Below are positions 21,986-33,140 of a stretch of DNA of 64,000 nt, one piece after another. The stretch lies in NCBI GenBank assembly GCA_965153285.1, contig OZ229111.1; one strand, given 5' to 3'. The position numbers were made by a program, and so were the translations under genes. Every line of letters begins with the position of its first letter. Position 1 is the first letter of the stretch. Source of the DNA: Podarcis tiliguerta (taxonomy: Eukaryota). Below the pieces are notes generated by a model that made no database searches, was not told where the DNA came from, and saw only the letters and a program-made list of their open reading frames with translations.

Positions 21986-24900
21986 TATTTCTAAATGCTA
22001 GAGTAGTGCAAAGCAACAACCAACATCCTGAAATGAAAGACTTGGTGGTTTCTGGCTAATGTGAATAAGTATTATCAAGAAATGTAGATTATGAAAGACG
22101 CTGGTATTTGTATTTCTCATGTCCAGAACGCATTGCACAATGACACATGCTTAGTCCTGATTGTATTTCAGTCTGTGCTTCATGCATACTGGTTACATTC
22201 TTACTGAATTATTTTATAAGGCCTGTGGGAATCATTTCCTTGGAATAACAGACAAAGCACATTTTTTAAATGTTAAAGGTGCTTTTTAGAGGGAATTTAC
22301 AACTTCTCTGCAATGACGTTTATTAGCGTGTGTATGGGGATGAGTACTTTGGGTACACTGGATTTCATATAGTGGGGCTTAAGGCTAGGTAGTGAGGGAA
22401 GCAATTTTCCTGCCGCTTGCAGCCTTGCCCCTTCCCCCTGCAATATATCACTGACAATTGCTGCCCAAAGTAGGGGGAGATATTTCCATTTATGGTCCCT
22501 AGCAACCTTATGCCAAATTTGCTCCAGAACGTTGACAGATGCGTGATTGGATGAGGTGAATCGTACTGAGAGAATTAGCAGCATCTTGGTGTGTGACATC
22601 AGTTACCTGGATAAGGCTGTTGGTCTATGTGTCAATCACTGTGATTCAATATCTCACTGCCCTGACTCAGATAAATAGATGTACAGCTCTCCCCACCCCA
22701 CAGCCTATTCTGGAAGCTCATAGCCTGTTGCACTGAGCTATGCCTCCAAGGTGAGAAACTGCCAGTGCATCGTTTTTGTGAATGTATCTCTTGCCTCTTG
22801 CCTGTGAGACTAGACATTGTCTGCTTGCAGTGCCCCTGTATCTAGCGCTGCTTCTGGATGTCTGGGTGGTGGCAGTGGCCTGGAATGTGCCCCCCAGCCC
22901 CCCCTAAGATTATTATGCCACCTACACCCTTTCACAGAATCGTTGTGTCCTGTTTCTATCCCATTTGCCTTAGTAATAGCCATCCTGGTACATGCTGTAT
23001 GGCGCTGCTGTTCAAGAGAGTTCAGAAATAGCAGCTGCTATACTAGTCACTGACCCTTGGAATACATCAAGGGGTTGTCCAGTAGTAGCTCTGCACTAGT
23101 GGAAAATGCTTCTGCTTGTAACCCTCCTGTACTCCAGCCCTCAGTTTGCAGTGGGTAGTGTGGATTAGTGAAAATCAGGTACCATGTCTGTGCAAAGCCA
23201 CCACTGGATTCAGTCTGTAATTCCCCTCCTTAGGTGGCAGGCTGACACAAAGAGAATAACTAGAGTGAGCAATACATTCAGGTTGGTGAGTGGAATCCTC
23301 AAAAGGTGCAGTGCTTCAGACCATTTAGGAGTTGACAGTGTCAACACAGCACTTTGAATTGGGCTCAGAAGTAGCCTGGAGGACAACGACGATTATACTT
23401 ACGATGATTATACTTTTTTGGTAGTAATGTTCCATCCTGTGAAAAGGCTTACTCTTGCACCTTGCTTCACTTTGGATACACTTTGAAAATGGTGCCTATC
23501 TCCCCAAACAGCATTTGTATTGTTGTTGTCCGTAGCTTTAGTTTTAATCTGCTTCTGCTGATCTTGTTGTTTGCTACCTTGTGGGTCCTTTGAAGTGCAG
23601 AAGGGTAAGGTATGTGCACATTGCAATGCCTTGCTTGCTTTGTGGAGTGGGGAGCCACAGTTCTAATCTTGCTGTCTCTTCCCCCTCCCTATTGGAATGT
23701 ATGGTAGGCTTTGCCCTTGTGGGGGTCATATTTAAATCTGTCAAGGATTTAAGTGGTTGTGTGCCAGCATCCAGCTTGCCATGCTGTCACTAGACCTGCT
23801 TTCACAGTGTGCATTCTTCCTTGTCCAATTGGCTCTCTTCCCTCTCGCTTGCAAATTGCCTTTTCCTCTTGTGCAGACACCAATTACAGCATTGTCTGTG
23901 TGGAATGCCTGATACCACAGCAAGCCTTGAGCCTTTCTCTCGGGTGGGCGTAGCTTTTGCTTTTTGGACAAATGTCCTATATACTGGCCTACGGACAGGG
24001 CTGGTTGCTGTGTCTGGAACAGTACACGCCTTTCTTTTCTCACCCATAGGATTGTTCCTGGCAAAATGCTTGTCTGAGTGCTGTGGCTTTCTTTGTTTTT
24101 GTCATCAGGGAATTAACTGAGGACCCTAATGAAGCTTGTGGCGACAGGTGTCAGTTTGCTGTTCCTCGAGTCATTGGAGCATAGAGGCATCATAAGAAGG
24201 AGAGATACTGAGGGGTGGGGTGGGGGTGTTGATTTCATTCATGTTATTTATCATGGTGTGTCTGACATTGCTGGTCTTTGGTGCCTTCCCAACCTGGGTA
24301 CTGTAGAGATGTGTTCCACGCTTGGTGTGATGATTCTTGGGTCCCAGTTGGCATGTTGTAGAAGTAGCCATCAGTGTTGCTGCAATTGTTTGTTTCTACT
24401 GATAGAGTTTTGCTTTCTACTTAACTGCTGAGAGTGCAGAGGATTCATTGATGCTGGCGGGGGACTGGTGTAGTCCCAAAGTAAATGAAAACTTATTAGG
24501 AGACCAAATGAAAACAGGCTATTATCAAAGTCCACAAAGCAATAGCATGAGTGCATAAAAAAAAGGTAGCTAAAATTTATAGAGATACTAGTCTGCAAGA
24601 TGCTCTACAATTTTAGGGGGGGAAAACAGTATGAAAGAAACTTAGGATTGTTGATTTTATGAAGGTAAATTTTAAACTGAAAATGCAAATTCAGACAACC
24701 CAATGAGAACTATGACCGAATAACCAAAAGATCAAGAGACCCTCAAAATAAATGACCTTTATGAAAAAGTTAGTTGCCTTTAAGAAGAAGTGAACCTTCT
24801 GGTGTGAACCCATGCATCTAGAGCCTAATGATTTACTATACCCTCATATGCTGCCATATGAAGTATTACAGTATACTAATAAAATAACAATAATAATAAT

Positions 24901-27389
24901 AAAAAGTCAGACAAGACAAATCTAATTTCTTTAGATTGGTTGGTAAGGGAGTTTGGATGGAAAATGGATTGAACAAGGCTTTTTGATACTTTTCTACAGA
25001 CAAAATCATAAGTAAAATGAGTGCACTGGGAACAGAAGATAGCATTGAAAAGTTGGCTAGACGTGTTATTTGAAAACTAGGAAGTAAACAGTAGTCTGTA
25101 AGTTTCATTTTTTTAAAGATTATTTCTTTTTTGATACCTTAATTGCAGTCTTGTATTTTAAGGAGTGCAGAACTGAGTTTGTTCACCAGAAGCATTTCCC
25201 ATTTGAAAGATTTTTATCTTAAATCCTCATATTGCCATCTTTTAAAAAAAATAAGCTTTGAGAATTTTAAAAGCTACTGGGGGAAGGGGATTCTTGGAAT
25301 ACCTTCTGGTAGAAAGCAAAAAAATGCATGTGCTGGTCATATTCCTCTAAATTTCTGCACACCTCCTTTGGAAGACCATAAATATTGGTTGATTATGGTT
25401 TAAGACTTTTAAATCTAGGATCAAAGCATTACAATGAATTTTAGTTTGCACTCTTAGACACAGTACTGCCTCCAATAGCTTCTCATGCCATGTCCTTTAA
25501 GAAAGTTTCAAGGCCAGAAGATCCCATTTATCTAGAAACTTGTTTTATTGCTGAATTGTTTCATGCAGTTAGAAAGCATTCCTTGATATCCAGACTAAAT
25601 TTGTCTTGTTTCAACTTTAACACTACTACTTGTTTTTCCTTCAAGGACTCTGATAACTGGCTGTTTCTACCCCTTCCACTGCTTTTTAGCAGCCTTTTGA
25701 AAAGCGCCTTAATCTCTTTTCTAAGTCTCTGGTTCTCAAATAATGGCATGGTTTGCGCCACTACCCTAAAATCTGCTACACAGCACATCCAGAACTATGT
25801 AGTGCCTTCGATGTAGCTGGAGCAATGCTGCCAGGTTCTTGCAGTGAATTTCCATCTCCAGTGCAAGCAGACGTGGTCAGAGACCACATTTAGAAACTGG
25901 GAACTGAGCAAGGAAGTAAACAGCAATGCCCCTTTTTCTAAGCCAATCAAAGGGGGCACACAAAATGTGGGCCAGGGAAGCACTCTCCCAGAATAGACTT
26001 CCTGCATCCTTTCTGGCTGGAGTCCCGTGACTGAAGCTTTCCATGCTATCTGCAACGTGAAAAATAGACCATATTTAGACAATCTTCTTTATAAAATAAA
26101 CTTCACAATGTGGCATCAAGCTCTGATGAAGGAGAATCCAGCACCTTCTGTGGCATTCTGTTGCGCTGGTGAACACTTGTTTCCCCCCTCACTCCCACCC
26201 CAGGAAGCTGTTCCTATTGTTTGGTCGAAACATTGTGTTTTAAGAAGTTTACACTTGGGAGAGTAATTTAAACTGCTTTTGGGTTACAGTGACATTCTCT
26301 TTGAACGTGTATCAAATGAAGAAATTTCACTTGTAAAATGTAGGCGTAAGCGTGATAAGTGGCAGCCTCAGTAGAAGCTTGGTATTTAATTCTCTTTCCC
26401 TAAGCGATACTTGCTTCAAAATGTCCCATTAAATCCTGGCAAATATGCTTTGAATTGCAACCAATTTAAATAATTTTAAATTGTACCTGACGAAGAAGTA
26501 CATAAAATACAGAGGATATTATTGTCAAAGTATTGGCTATCTCGCTGGCTGGCTCCACCCTGCCCTCCGACCCCAATTTTAGTTTTAAGGCATTGATCTG
26601 CTATGGAGGAAGCAACGGATTGAATTTTATTGGCTCAGGATTTATATAATGACTGGGTATGGATGCTCTACCTCGTGGGATGATGCACTTGCATCTGTAT
26701 AAACAACTAGGAAAGTTTAGGTTCAAGGTTTGGAGTGTAGGAAAACAAACCACACCCTGAAATAAGAGCAGTGGAGAGAGAAATCCCTTTTGTTTCTTTC
26801 AAGGCAGAGAACGATCAAATAGTAAAACCCTTAGATACTAAAATATCCCCTTTATAACAATTTTTTAATTTTTTTTTACAAGTTTCTATGACTATTTCAA
26901 ATGTACCAATTTACTGAATACACAATAGAAAGACAATAATTATTTCTCTTGATGTGTTTCTGGCTCAAGTGCAGGTGGCAGCTTATCTAATGGTAACAAA
27001 GACATAACATTTTTTAAAAAAACAAACAGTGTGTTGTCATAGTTGAAGGGAGATTCATTTGGAGTTGCAAAAAGCTTATAAGCACAATTAAACTGAAACA
27101 GGGAGAAAATTAAAAGAGGCGTTTGGCTTCTGCTCCAGCCATTTCAAAACTCCTTTCAGGGGAAAAAATAAAAGTTGTGTGTGTATCTAGCTAGCGCTCT
27201 AAGTAAGACTTGCTGCTTATTTCTTTTTCAATTGTGCAGCAGCAACTCTGCTTCCAGTAAGGGCAGAATCTGACATGGCCACTTCTGTGCAGTCTTCAGC
27301 TCCTCCTCCTTCCCTGTCTTGCCTTCAAACACTCAATACATTTAGAGACTGATCTTGTGCAGAAAATATCCCTGACATTTGAAGAGCTC

Positions 27390-27882
27390 CAGGGATTCAC
27401 TGAGCATGCTCAGTCATCTCCGTCTGCTAGAAAGAGGAAGCTAGTTTACATAGGAGTCATACCAAGCATAGCCTGCATGTCAGTGCAGTTAACTTGCAGC
27501 GGGCTGTGAGGAGAATTAGCATGTCTTTGTCCTAGGAAGTCTTTGCCATTCCAGTTTCCCCCTCCCCCGCCCGAAATTTGGCGTCAGATCTGTAAGCAAT
27601 TTTTAATTGCAATTGGACACAATACATTTCAAACTCTGTCTTCGTTTCTGAAGCCTTTGAGGGGGATTTCCCTCCCTTTGCCTTCCTTTTTTTAAAAACT
27701 CGGTTGTGTTGGTTTTTTTTAAATATACTTTGTTTTGATTAGTCGGAGGCTGGGCCTTGAGCTTGTGGAACTCGGGAAAGAGCCAGGAGCTACTCGCAAC
27801 AGCCCCGTGTTTTTGTCGCTGATTTTTTGGGGGGTGTTCAGGGCGGAAGCAAGCAAGCTGGTCTTCTTTGCTAGCCCACTCA
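27390..27882 (+). promoter_or_regulatory. VGLL4: Putative alternative promoter/5'UTR of the MLFMKM isoform of VGLL4
   Basis: Repeat-free, locally CpG-enriched stretch. Contains palindrome ACTGAGCATGCTCAGT (27399-27414), GC boxes (cccccgccc ~27564; gggcggaag at 27841, also ETS-like), and no ATG between ~27525 and 27882. Confidence 0.6.
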
Positions 27883-27967
27883 ATGCTATTTATGAAGATG
27901 GACCTGTTGAACTACCAGTACTTGGACAAGATGAACAACAATATTGGCATTCTCCGCCAATATGAAG
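27883..27967 (+). CDS. VGLL4: VGLL4 alternative first coding exon (MLFMKMDLLNYQYLDKMNNNIGILRQYE+G, phase-1 end)
   Basis: Manual translation from ATG 27883 matches the recalled N-terminus of the vertebrate VGLL4 'MLFMKMDLLNYQYLDKMNNNIGIL..YEG' isoform. Ends GAAG|gtaact (donor at 27968) and joins in frame (G|GT=Gly) to the exon at 56439. Not annotated as such in the ORF track. Confidence 0.95.
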
Positions 27968-30428
27968 GTAACTTAAGATTCACGCCGCACTCCGGCGTTA
28001 TGTCTTTGTAAGTTTGTGCTGATATCTTTTGCTTGCTTGATTTGGGCAGTGGCCTGCCTTTTCTGCGTGGAAATGCTGATTTCTCTCTCTCTCTCTCTCT
28101 CCTCCCCCCCGCACCATTTTAAAGCCAGGCGTTTTGTGTTTTGTCCGGGAGACATTTATCACTTGGAAGTAGTTTCCTTGAGGGAACTATTGTTTAACGC
28201 CTGTCTCGCCGTTTTGAAAGCTTTCCTGTGTGCAGATGTCCCCCCCCCCGCCCGAAAATAAATGCTGTTCGTGCGCTCTTTTCCTTCCACACGGGAGTAT
28301 AAGGGGGTAGTAGCGTGACAATGACTGGATGGCAAGTTGGCATGTTGTATGCGTGTTTTGTCTCTCTCTTTCTCTCTCGGGTCGCCTACTGCCTTTAGGG
28401 CACAATGGGAGAGTTTTTACTACTCTGCTCCGGGGATGGAAGGGTGCCTGTAGTACAGAATACAGAGTGCCCCTTTGTTTGACTTCTCATTTCCTGTACA
28501 GCTCTGAGAAAGCTCTGACACAGAGGGCTGCCTCCCCTCCCCTTCCCCTCCACAATCCCACATCTCCTCCCTCAAGAACCACCTCAAGCAAGCCTGCCTG
28601 TAGCAGAAAGAAATGCACACAGCCGCTAGGAAACACAACTTCATGGCCGTCATCTTCTGGGTGGATTCTCTCTCCCCCGCTCCCCACCCTCATGTTTGCT
28701 CGTTTCCTGACAGAGAATTGTTTGTTACCAAGTTTTGCAGTAATGTCCCGTCGCCCCACCATATGGATCCTGACCACAGGAGTGGTAGAATTTCGCTGCT
28801 TTTTTTTTTTTTTTAACTAGCTGAGTTTTTAACCTACGTGCAGTTTGAACAGGCTGTAATGGCTTAGTTTTTAAGCGAGGAAAGAAAGGCACCACTGAGC
28901 TAATTGTACTTGGCAGGAGGGCTGTTTTTCTGTTGCCACACACACAAACATTGCACAAATCGCTTTCCCCCCCCCTCCTACTCCTTCCAGATTTTCAGTT
29001 GGAAAAATTTCCATGCTTGTTAAAGAGAGTGGCTTTTATTATGCTGGCCAGTAAATGATACCTAAATGCAAACCTGTTAAGTTTGGGGATTGGGAGGGGG
29101 GGGGGTAAACAAACAAGGCCTTGTCAGTCTGTTCTTGTTGGAAGCAGGTCAGCTGAAACTGAGTTACTGAGGAGGGTAATGATTACTACAAGGGGTGTGT
29201 CTGCTACCTCATGATTTTAAATGTGAAAATATTAAATTTCAATGTTTTTTATACATTTGGAAGAAGAGATCAGTGTGATGGCTCAGTCCCTTATCTTCAG
29301 TGTTTTCAGAGCTCCCTTACTTTCTCACATGTTTCTGAACTTCCTCCAGACTTTTTTTGCTGGTAGTAGTTGAACTGTTTTAAAGAGGCCCTTTGTTGAC
29401 ATGAGTCTAATATGCTGTTATGTTTAATATTTGCTGCTTTCCTCTTTTTCATTATCTTTAACACTAAAGTTAAAATGTGTATGGACAAAATAAAATAGAC
29501 TTGGAAAGATTTTATAACTGGGCATTCATATTCTTGTGTTTTAAAATTTATGAACATGATTTCATGTCAAATGTATGGTGAATATTTAAAAATCTTCCAT
29601 GTAACTGCCATAATCTTGCTATTGTAGATCGGTATAAGCAGTGATGATTGTTTTGGGCATAATTTAGGCACTTTTAAATCCCACTGATTTTAGTAAATGT
29701 GTGAGTAAATTTGTCCCTTTGGGGTGGAGGGGATTATTGGTTTGGACTGAGTGTATTCAATTATAACAAGCTCATTTCTGCTTACAGAGCATGCATTGGA
29801 GATAAATTTTGTTGGAGATACATATTGTGTTGTTATCTCCATTTTGGATTTTTTAGAATTCTAACAGAACTTAAACATTCCTTGAGGAAAGCACTTTGCA
29901 TCTGCAAGTTTTACATGACAATAGAATTGGGGAAATTCCTGAAGCAAATGTGTTAACTTTGGTGATGTTCTCATGGATATTTGCATGCAAACAACAACCC
30001 CCCCCCCATGCTATGTAATACTTTTGCTGTCCATTTTGAGAGAGGTTAGTGAAGTGTAAACAAAGAGTAGAATTTTCTCTGAGGAGAAATATAAACCCTC
30101 TCTCTTGAATTATTGTTACTATGAAAACATAAACAGCTTCAGAATAGGGCCTTCTCTGCATCTTTCTAGGATGGTTCCTTCCCCAAGAGAGGCTTGCTGT
30201 ATGTAGAAAGGGGAGTGATGGAGATCTCAGAATATCACCACATGGCTTCATTGAACATAGTCTTCCTTTCAGGAAATAAACTTCTGTACATAAAGTGCAT
30301 GAAAGTGTTATGGAAGTGAATCATATCCATCTGCATAACCCAATTATATGACCATGATCTATAAAATTAGAAGGGGCTTTCCAAATCTCTGTTTTTTATG
30401 TCACAGACATGCATTTGTTCATTTGAAG

Positions 30429-30790
30429 TGGCGGGTGGCGCTGTGGGTTAAAGCCTCAGCGCCTAGGGCTTGCCGATCGTAAGGTCGGCGGTTCGAATCC
30501 CCGTGGCGGGGTGCGCTCCCGCTGTTCGGTCCCAGCGCCTGCCAACCTAGCAGTTCGAAAGCACTCTCGGGTGCAAGTAGATAAATAGGGACCGCTTACC
30601 AGCGGGAAGGTAAACGGCGTTCTGTGTGCGGCTCTGGCTCGCCAGAGCAGCGATGTCACGCTGGCCACGTGACCCGGAAGTGTCTTCGGACAGCGCTGGC
30701 CCCCAGCCTCTTTGAGTGAGATGGGCGCACAACCCTAGAGTCTGTCAAGACTGGCCCGTACGGGCAGGGGTACCTTTACCTTTGCCTTTA
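30429..30790 (+). mobile_element. Sauria SINE, full length, young CpG-rich subfamily
   Basis: Head ggcgggtggcgctgtgggttaaa, intact B box gttcgaatcc (30491-30500), tail tacctttacctttgccttta. Confidence 0.93.
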
Positions 30791-30917
30791 TCCTGAGGTA
30801 GTACTTCCTTGTAAGGGATGTTGCAGTTTCCCAGCACTTAAGGAAGAATAGATTGTCGGGGAAATGTGATTCTGTTCCCACCCATCCTCTTCATCTACCA
30901 TTAAATTGCTGATGTTA

Positions 30918-30989
30918 TTGTTGTTGTTGTTTAGTTGTGTACGACTCTTCATGACCCCATGGACCAGAGCATGCCAGGCACTCCTGTCT
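30918..30989 (-). mobile_element. BovB/RTE LINE extreme 3' fragment
   Basis: (ttg)n tail followed by gactcttcatgaccccatggaccagagcatgccaggcactcctgtc, the rc of 45360-45435. Confidence 0.8.
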
Positions 30990-32852
30990 AATAATGATTG
31001 CCAAATGGAAGGTAGTTGTGCACCACTGGATAGTGGTTAAGAGGTGAATGGTGATGATCAGTCATATGAATCTCTGTCATCCTTGTACTTTTATTATTCT
31101 CTTTTTGGAATTGTTTGCTGTATGACTGCCCCTGTGTTTTCCATCTCAGGTGCTGGTTTGCACATCCATGCCTTTGCCTTTACTATGAACTGCTTGTATT
31201 GGGTCTTCCCTTCAACTTCTGCTAGTTAACTGGGTGAAAATCCCTTCCCTTTCTCAGTACACAGACATATTGTTAGACTTTGAAAATGGAGAGCAAACTG
31301 CAGCCTGGTTGCCTCCTTGCTGCAAGGCTGTTGCAAGATGAATGAATGAACCACATTTGATGCCATGGCTATTACCGTACATAATAAAATGCAATCAGTG
31401 GATTAATCTTCTTGGAGTACTTCAGAGCATGTGGTTATAATGCGCATAGTTGCAGGATCAGCGCCTTGTTTGAGTGGCGCCACAACAGTGCTGCACTTGT
31501 GGCTGCCACCCTGGTGGGCCCCATGAGCTTAACACATGGTAGGAGGATGGGTGGCAGTAAACATCCAGCAGCAGTGGAGATGAGCAATGGCACACAACCC
31601 AGAGCTCTGGTAGGAAGCACCTGGTGAGGTTCCTATAGCTTCCAAAATGCCACTGGATCCTACATTGGGGTCCAGAGGCATTCTTTAAAATTGATGTGGC
31701 ATTTGCAGCCATGTCACTCAGTGCATCTCTTGAAATTATGGGTCATTAGAAACATTTTTAAAGAGGCCATCTTCAGTAGTGGGCTCCGGCATTTTGCTTT
31801 TACTTTCTCCACACTGAATTTGCATCATTTGCATCTAAAATATTCAGATGACTCAAACAAGTATAATTCATTTATGCTGTTTATGAATTGGCCCCAAATG
31901 CAAATTATATTCTATAAAATGCAGTGCATTTTCTTCCATATATATGACTTTGATGTCCCTTTTGGCTTATCTACAGAGGCATTTTACTGCACAGATTTTC
32001 TGCCTAATCATAACCTGGATTCCTCTGTCTGCGGCTTGTGTGGGAATCTGGCTTCAACAACACTGGTGACAAAATAATGCTGATAACCTGGTGGTCTTGT
32101 TGATGGGAATGTGTGCTTCCTGTGGGGGGATGTTTTTTACTTAACAGGAAGACACCGCTTCTGCATAGCTGTGATTTGAGTCGGGTGAATGTTGGCAGGT
32201 TTGTGTGAAGCAGAAGTTGGAACTGGATTAGAAAGTTCATTCAGAAGTGTGCAGTGGTGTTGACAGAAAGACAGGGTCACTCTTAGTCTCTTTGCCCATT
32301 GTGTCACGCTCTTGTGGCCCAGTGTAGCGAGGAAGTATGAAGTTACACAAACAAAAACAACTGGCAATTTAGAAACTGCTTTCCCATCTAATTAGGCCTT
32401 CCTTTCTGAAGAAGGTTGGAGTGAGGGAAGTATTCAGATGTGTTTTCAGATTAAGGAAAATATACAAGGTACCATTTTGTTTCATTCCATTTTTGTTATA
32501 ATGGAGTCCACAAGTTTCAGCTGAGATCTGACCCAGATAATATGTGGAAAAAGGAATACAGCGTAGTCACTACCTCAAAAATGTGTGTGCAGTCTGAATA
32601 GACAAGATGGACAGAGGAGGTAGAAGGTAGACAGAATAATTTGCCAACAGTGCACAAGCTTATTGGGGTAGACGCAAGAGGAGAATAAATCACTATTATT
32701 GGTTAATCTGTGCCATTAAAAAAATATTGAAGCTGCAGAGGGGTAAAGTACAGCTCATCTTAATTTATTTGACATAGTTCAGATTAAGATAAAAAGAATG
32801 AACTACGGTAACTTCACTGGGATAACCAATGAGCCATGGGATTGCCCCACAG

Positions 32853-33140
32853 CAGGGGTGGCCAGCTCCCAAGAGACAGTGATCTACCTCCTTTTGGGGG
32901 GTGGGTTCAGGTCAAAGTTGTTGAGGAAAGGCCAGGTTTCATTGGGGGAACAAACGGCATCACTGAGTAAACTCCATCTTCCATTCTGCAGATCAGGCAA
33001 CAATGGAGGGCGGAGCGATGGGGCATGGCCGGATTCTATTTTATGTATGCTAAGGAAAGGGACCCAACGATTGACCACGATCTGCCAAAACCTCCTGGGG
33101 ATCTAACAGTAAATCCCGATGTACATGTTGGAAATCTCTG
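32853..33140. mobile_element. hAT MITE (CAGGGGTGGCCA TIR type)
   Basis: caggggtggccag ... ttggaaatctctg; 8-bp TSD ccccacag/ccctacag. Confidence 0.7.

Noticed and set aside
27735-27965. 76-aa ORF overlapping the VGLL4 first exon
   Set aside because: Different frame with a non-ATG start; the conserved peptide is in the frame starting at 27883.
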